In this document: one piece after another, positions 6,034 to 10,815 of the stretch
Position numbering within the stretch: the stretch's first letter is position 1
Layout: each line of letters opens with the position of its first letter
NCBI GenBank assembly: GCA_043826435.1
Contig: JBDRQF010000024.1
Coordinates: forward strand, 1-10,815
Direction of reading: 5' to 3'
Length of the DNA stretch: 10,815 nucleotides
Origin: Elusimicrobiota bacterium
GTDB lineage: Bacteria > Elusimicrobiota > Endomicrobiia > CG1-02-37-114 > JAHJSO01
Position numbers and translations under genes: made by a program
Notes under the pieces: generated by a model
Seen by the model: only the letters and a program-made list of their open reading frames with translations
What the model was told of the DNA's origin: nothing
Databases searched by the model: none

Positions 6034-6929
6034 AAAATAAAATACAGGTCGTTATCGCCGTGTGCCTTTCGGGGCTGATAGCAATTTTTGTCGTGAGATA
6101 CATGGTTTTACTTGAACGCAAATACAGGGTTCCGGGGGAAAGGTTGCCGGTCCTTGCGGCGAAAAGATACATCCAGCAGGGAGCAGTTTTGTTGCCTGAG
6201 ATGACCATGGAGACGTTTGTCCCGGGCGAGTTTATCCAGCCGAAGGCAATCCGGAAGACAGACGACCTCCTGATACAAGAATTAAATTCCGGTAAAAGGA
6301 TACCCGTCTATGTGACGGTTTCACCGATTCTTGAAGGGGAGCAGATAATCGCCACAAAACTCTCCGTCGTGGGGCATGGTACGGGTATAGGGGCGCTGAT
6401 ACCCGAAGGCAAAAGGTCTTTTGTGATTGTGTGTGAATCAGACAGTGTCGTCGGTAAAATAAACCCCGGCAACAGGGTGGATGTCCTATCCGTGTTTGAC
6501 GATTCCGTATTTACCGTTTTGCAGAACGTTGACGTTTTAGCCGTCGGAAAACTTCTGCCGGGACAGGGGCAAATCCAGGAAAGGAAGGGGAGGTATAAAG
6601 ACGATGCGCCGTCTGTGGAGTTATTCCAGGATTTCCATGGAACCCAGATTCCCGTTGTTATCGCCGTTACGCCGCAGGAGGCGCAGGTCATTGCAATGTG
6701 CATTGAGAAAGGCAGGGTGTTTTTTTCAATGAGGTCTCCGGGAGACACAGGTGTTTTGGACATTGAGCCCGTCCGTTTTGAAGGGGTGTTTAAAGGGGTG
6801 CGGCCCGGCGTCTATAAAGACGGCCGTTCGGGTAAAAAGGAGCCGGCTGATTTACTGGATTCCATACACAACCAGTATGAAGAGGCGATAGGGCTCTTAA
6901 AAAAGTACAGGACAGGAGCAAAGGAATAA
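6030..6929 (+). CDS. cpaB: Flp pilus assembly protein CpaB/RcpC
   Basis: N-terminal TM. SAF-like VLAAKRYIQQGAVL...PILEGEQI. RcpC motifs IPEGKRSF, INPGNRVDVL, TVLQNVDVLAVG, IAVTPQEAQ. GTGA overlap with the flp stop. Confidence 0.92.
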   Translation: MKNKIQVVIAVCLSGLIAIFVVRYMVLLERKYRVPGERLPVLAAKRYIQQGAVLLPEMTMETFVPGEFIQPKAIRKTDDLLIQELNSGKRIPVYVTVSPILEGEQIIATKLSVVGHGTGIGALIPEGKRSFVIVCESDSVVGKINPGNRVDVLSVFDDSVFTVLQNVDVLAVGKLLPGQGQIQERKGRYKDDAPSVELFQDFHGTQIPVVIAVTPQEAQVIAMCIEKGRVFFSMRSPGDTGVLDIEPVRFEGVFKGVRPGVYKDGRSGKKEPADLLDSIHNQYEEAIGLLKKYRTGAKE

Positions 6930-6935
6930 CCGCTT

Positions 6936-8966
6936 ATGAATACCATATCAGTTTTTGAGCCGCACCAGGCAGACACGCAGTCATTGATTGCCCTGAACCT
7001 TGCCATCGCCCTGCAAAATCAAACCGGTGAAAAGGTACTGATTGTTGATTTTAGTTTTGATGAAACGGACAGTTTGTCTTTTATGCTGGGCGAGACGTCC
7101 ACCGCAGAGGTAATAGAGTTCTCGTCTTGTTTTAAGTTCCATAACTGCGGTGTGCACGTCCTGCCGTTTAGCGGCGTCAGGGACCTGATGGCCGGGCACA
7201 GGCACGGGAACATCTCCGGACTTATGTCAGACATTAACGGTTATTTTTCCTGGTGCGTGGTTACTTCGGAAACAGGGCTTACCGAAAGGGTTGTGGAGTT
7301 GTTTGACATTTCGGGCATGGTCCTTCTGGTCGTAACGCCGCACATCCTCGGACTCAGGCAGGCGAAGTGCTGTTATGAATATCTGCAGGGCAAACATTTC
7401 CCCATGCAGAAACTTGAAGTCCTTGTAAAAGTCCCGGAGACGAGGGCATGCCTGTCCGACAGGGACGTGGAAAAATATTTAGGCCACAACATATTCGGGA
7501 AAATACCTGCCAGCCACCACACGGTGTTTTCCGCCCTGAATTCAGCGATGCCCCCGATGCTCGCCTCGCCGCACAGCCCTTTCTCCTACGCAGTAAAAGA
7601 GATTGCATTCAACGTCCTGAAAAACAAGCACAGGTTTGTGTTGAATGAAAAAAAAGAAGAGCCCTCCCGGCAGGAAATTGCCCGGGCGCCGCAGTCAATC
7701 CGGGAAATAAAACAGAGGATAAAAAGACGTCTCCTGGAAGAGTTTGATTTACGGAAGATGGACACGGGGCCGGTTACGGACGTCGGGAAACAATCGGAAG
7801 TAAAGATGTCTGCGCTCAAAAAGATTGAAGAACTGGTCGCGCGGGAATGCGAGAGCATAGCAGACCGGGCGGACAGGTCGCGCCTTGTCCAGGTGCTGCT
7901 GGATGAAACCGTCGGGCTCGGGCCGCTAGAGGGGCTACTGCGGGATCCGGATATCACGGAGATAATGGTTAACGGTAAGGACAAGATTTTTATTGAAAAA
8001 AAGGGGAAGATTCACCGGACTGACGTCCGGTTTGACAGCGATAACGACGTCCGGATTGTAACGGACAGGATACTCGCTCCTGTGGGCAGGAGGGTGGATG
8101 AGTCATCGCCGCTTGTTGACGCCCGTCTTGCGGACGGCTCAAGGGTGAACATAATTATACCACCCCTTTCTCTTGCGGGGCCGTGCATTACTATCAGGAA
8201 ATTTATTACGGACCGACTTTCACCCGAAGACATGGTAAAGAGCGGTTCGCTCAATCAAAACATGCTGGAATTTTTGAAAGTGTGCGTCCGGATTAAGAAG
8301 AACATAATCATTTCAGGGGGGACGGGTTCAGGCAAAACGACACTACTGAATATTCTGTCGTCGTTTATACCGGACGATGAAAGAATTATTACCATTGAGG
8401 ACTCTGCAGAACTGAAATTGCAACAGGAACACGTCGTTCCGCTTGAGAGCCGCCCTGCATCCATTGAGGGCAGGGGGGATGTCCCGATAAGGCGACTGGT
8501 GGTTAACGCCCTCAGGATGCGGCCCGACAGGATAATCGTAGGGGAGTGCCGCGGCGCTGAGGCGATTGACATGCTGCAGGCGATGAACACCGGGCACGAA
8601 GGTTCCTTAACGACAATTCACGCAAACACCCCGCAGGATGCAATTTTACGGCTTGCGACTATGGTACTGTGGTCGGGGACAGAACTGCCCGATAAGGCGA
8701 TAAAAGACCAGATATCTGCCGCCATAGACGTTGTCGTCCAGACCCAGAGGATGTTTGACGGTTCCAGGAAGATTACCCGCATAAGCGAACTTTCAAGGCA
8801 TGGGGACGAAATTAAAACCAACGATATTTTCTCATACAGGCAGGAAGGCATTTCAGAGAGCGGAAATGTCTCCGGGGCGTTTGAGCCGACGGGTTATGTC
8901 CCTTCCTTTTACGAAGAAATAAAACAATACGGGCTTGAACTGGACAAAAATATATTTTCAAAATGA
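6936..8966 (+). CDS. tadA: Fusion of a degenerate CpaE/TadZ (ParA/MinD-like) domain with CpaF/TadA ATPase (copy 2)
   Basis: The first ~230 aa are MinD/CpaE-like ([24 protein letters not shown]...[14 protein letters not shown]). The rest is a full Cpa[90 protein letters not shown]. Confidence 0.92.
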   Translation: MNTISVFEPHQADTQSLIALNLAIALQNQTGEKVLIVDFSFDETDSLSFMLGETSTAEVIEFSSCFKFHNCGVHVLPFSGVRDLMAGHRHGNISGLMSDINGYFSWCVVTSETGLTERVVELFDISGMVLLVVTPHILGLRQAKCCYEYLQGKHFPMQKLEVLVKVPETRACLSDRDVEKYLGHNIFGKIPASHHTVFSALNSAMPPMLASPHSPFSYAVKEIAFNVLKNKHRFVLNEKKEEPSRQEIARAPQSIREIKQRIKRRLLEEFDLRKMDTGPVTDVGKQSEVKMSALKKIEELVARECESIADRADRSRLVQVLLDETVGLGPLEGLLRDPDITEIMVNGKDKIFIEKKGKIHRTDVRFDSDNDVRIVTDRILAPVGRRVDESSPLVDARLADGSRVNIIIPPLSLAGPCITIRKFITDRLSPEDMVKSGSLNQNMLEFLKVCVRIKKNIIISGGTGSGKTTLLNILSSFIPDDERIITIEDSAELKLQQEHVVPLESRPASIEGRGDVPIRRLVVNALRMRPDRIIVGECRGAEAIDMLQAMNTGHEGSLTTIHANTPQDAILRLATMVLWSGTELPDKAIKDQISAAIDVVVQTQRMFDGSRKITRISELSRHGDEIKTNDIFSYRQEGISESGNVSGAFEPTGYVPSFYEEIKQYGLELDKNIFSK

Positions 8967-9817
8967 TGACTCTGCTTGCGGGTTTAACCGGCATGGCGGT
9001 ATTCCTTGCATGTTTTCTGGTTATAAGAATGGTTATAAAAGCGGTGATTTCCCGCAATTTAATCTTTGTCGTCAAAAAATATTCAGAAACGTTGCATGCC
9101 GGAACTTTGCATACAGGAAACATCGTCCCGCCATTTAATAACATAAGGATTGTATGCGTTGCATTGTTTGTTTTCATCGCAGTGTTTCTGGTAAGGGACG
9201 TCCTGTTGGGCATCCCGTTTGTCCTTGCGGGCATTATTATACCGGGGAGGATTAAAAAGATTCTCCTTGATAAGAAGAGGGAAAAAATTGACGGCCAGCT
9301 GGTTGATTTTCTCGGTGGGCTTGCAAACTCAATATCCGCCGGGGGGACGCTGATGCAAGCGATAAATACGGCTTCAGGAAAAGCCCTGCCTCCCCTGTCG
9401 GCGGAACTTGCAGAGGTTATCAGGGAGGTCCGGTTAGGCGTTTCCATTGACGTTGCATTAAACTCCATGTCCGGAAGGATCGGCAGCAGTGAACTGAACA
9501 TCGCGGTGGTTTCAATGAACGTTGCAAGGCAGTTCGGCGGGAACCTTGCAAGCAACCTGACGGGCATCGTCCGCACGATGAGGGAGAGGAAGAAACTGAA
9601 AAACAGGATAAAGGCCCTTACGTCACAGGGACAGCTTTCCGCCTGGACGATTACCCTTACGCCATTTTTGATACTGGTTGTCCTGTCATTAATGGAACCG
9701 GCGATGTTCGGGATTATGTTCAGGACGGTTGCGGGAAAACTAATTCTTTTGTCCGCCATGGGGATGGCTGCGCTGGGCAACTATATAATCATGAAAATCG
9801 TTACGATTGAGGTTTAA
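8963..9817 (+). CDS. tadB: TadB inner-membrane platform protein (T2SS F family)
   Basis: Multiple TMs. QLVDFL..LANSISAG, PPLSAEL, GGNLA..L..IVRTMRER..LK.RIKALTSQGQLSA, KIVTIEV end. Confidence 0.92.
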   Translation: MMTLLAGLTGMAVFLACFLVIRMVIKAVISRNLIFVVKKYSETLHAGTLHTGNIVPPFNNIRIVCVALFVFIAVFLVRDVLLGIPFVLAGIIIPGRIKKILLDKKREKIDGQLVDFLGGLANSISAGGTLMQAINTASGKALPPLSAELAEVIREVRLGVSIDVALNSMSGRIGSSELNIAVVSMNVARQFGGNLASNLTGIVRTMRERKKLKNRIKALTSQGQLSAWTITLTPFLILVVLSLMEPAMFGIMFRTVAGKLILLSAMGMAALGNYIIMKIVTIEV

Positions 9818-9819
9818 AG

Positions 9820-10683
9820 ATGCTTTTTATAATCGGTATTCTTGTTATGGCCGACTGCATTGTCCTTTATAACGTTGTCCGGCGGGTTTTGTCTGAAGGG
9901 AAGTCCGGCATAAGGATGATGTACCATGGCGTCGGCAGCAGGCCGGTTTCGTTCAGTGAGAAAATAAGGAGCGTGTCAGCCATTATCGGGAATAATGTCT
10001 CACTGATTGAAGGGCTTGCGCCCGTCAAAAGGTATCTTTTATATTTAAGAAAGGATATTCAAAAAGCGGAGGACAGGTACACCTTTGTCGGGACGCAGGT
10101 CGTTTTTACTCTAACATGCGTTGTGCTGTTCTGTCTATTGTTGGGCAACTTTAACCTTTTTATAGTTCTTGTTTCACTTGCAACGGGGTGCGGGGGACCC
10201 GTCATCAACCTCATTATGAAACGGAGGAAAATGCATCGGCGGATTTTTAAGGAGTTGCCCGACATCCTTGACCTTCTTACGCTGCTTGTTGAAGCGGGGC
10301 TTGATTTCGGCGCGGCGATGAACGTGGCCGTTGAGAACACGCAGGGGGTACTGTCTTCACAGTTAGGACTGGCTTTGAAAGAAATAAAATTGGGCAGGGG
10401 CAGGGTTGCCGCGCTGGAGGACGTAGCCCGCAGGGTTGATTCCTGTTATCTCAGCAGTGTCATCACCTCAATAACCCAGTCCCTGGATACCGGATGTTCA
10501 ATTGCATCAACTCTGAGGGCGCTGTCGGAACAATTCAGGTCTGAAAGAATCAGCATGATTGAAAAGGTTGCAGCCGAGGCGCCGATAAAAATGATGTTCC
10601 CGATGATATTGTTTATTTTTCCGGTGATATTTCTGTTGATATTCGCCCCGATCGTGTTATCCTTCTTTACCGGCGGGTGGTGA
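9820..10683 (+). CDS. tadC: TadC inner-membrane platform protein (T2SS F family)
   Basis: ELPDILDLLTLLVEAGLDF..A, EIKLGRGR..AL, G.SIASTLR..SEQFR, EK.AAEAPIKMMFPMILFIFP. Confidence 0.93.
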   Translation: MLFIIGILVMADCIVLYNVVRRVLSEGKSGIRMMYHGVGSRPVSFSEKIRSVSAIIGNNVSLIEGLAPVKRYLLYLRKDIQKAEDRYTFVGTQVVFTLTCVVLFCLLLGNFNLFIVLVSLATGCGGPVINLIMKRRKMHRRIFKELPDILDLLTLLVEAGLDFGAAMNVAVENTQGVLSSQLGLALKEIKLGRGRVAALEDVARRVDSCYLSSVITSITQSLDTGCSIASTLRALSEQFRSERISMIEKVAAEAPIKMMFPMILFIFPVIFLLIFAPIVLSFFTGGW

Positions 10684-10815
10684 TTTGCGGGTGTCCGGCC
10701 GGGTGTCCGGCACGGATTTAATTCTTGCGTAGAGTTTTTCAAGAATCTGGTTTATTGACGATGCAAGCATGCCGAAATCTCCTGGTTCCTTTACTTCAAG
10801 CAATTCTCCCTGTTT
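10657..10815 (-). CDS. 3' end (partial) of a convergent gene ending in a HAMP-like domain
   Basis: Manual translation from the window edge: KQGELLEVKEPGDFGMLASSINQILEKLYARIKSVPDTRPDTRKSPPAGKEG*. GDFGMLASSINQI resembles HAMP helix 2 (DE.G.LA..FN.M). Absent from the ORF track. Confidence 0.55.
   Translation of the reverse strand, partial: KQGELLEVKEPGDFGMLASSINQILEKLYARIKSVPDTRPDTRKSPPAGKEG
10688..10711. repeat. Perfect 12-bp tandem duplication CGGGTGTCCGGC x2
   Basis: 10688-10699 and 10700-10711 are identical. Confidence 0.9.
10694..10726 (+). terminator. Possible intrinsic terminator after tadC
   Basis: Hairpin TCCG-GCCGG-[GTGT]-CCGGC-(A)-CGGA (9 bp with one bulge) followed by TTTAATTCTT, an imperfect U tract. 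Confidence 0.4.

Noticed and set aside
7646..7655. Poly-A run near the TadZ-TadA junction as a slippage or phase-variation site
   Set aside because: The frame is intact (encodes EKKE), similar A runs occur elsewhere in the window, and nothing else supports programmed frameshifting.
8812..9780. 322-aa antisense ORF opposite tadB
   Set aside because: Almost fully overlaps tadB and the end of tadA on the other strand, with no domain-like features.

Overview
The window holds an almost complete, tightly packed + strand Tad/Flp (type IVc) pilus operon from a probably diderm bacterium (a secretin is present). It starts at a near-consensus sigma70 promoter. Gene order is: atypical OmpR/PhoB-family regulator, TPR protein, minimal RcpA/CpaC secretin, CpaF/TadA ATPase #1, TadE-like, TadG-like, TadE-like, Flp, CpaB/RcpC, CpaE/TadZ-CpaF/TadA fusion, TadB, TadC. 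The 3' end of a convergent HAMP-like gene follows on the - strand. The architecture is unusual in several ways. There are two TadA ATPases: one runs in frame into a complete Flp-type prepilin with an intact class III cleavage motif (a possible ATPase-pilin polyprotein or nested gene), and the other is fused to a degenerate TadZ. The secretin lacks N-domains and its signal peptide seems to need a CTG start codon. The leading regulator lacks its acidic pocket. No prepilin peptidase is visible. All calls come from reading motifs by eye; no database searches were run.
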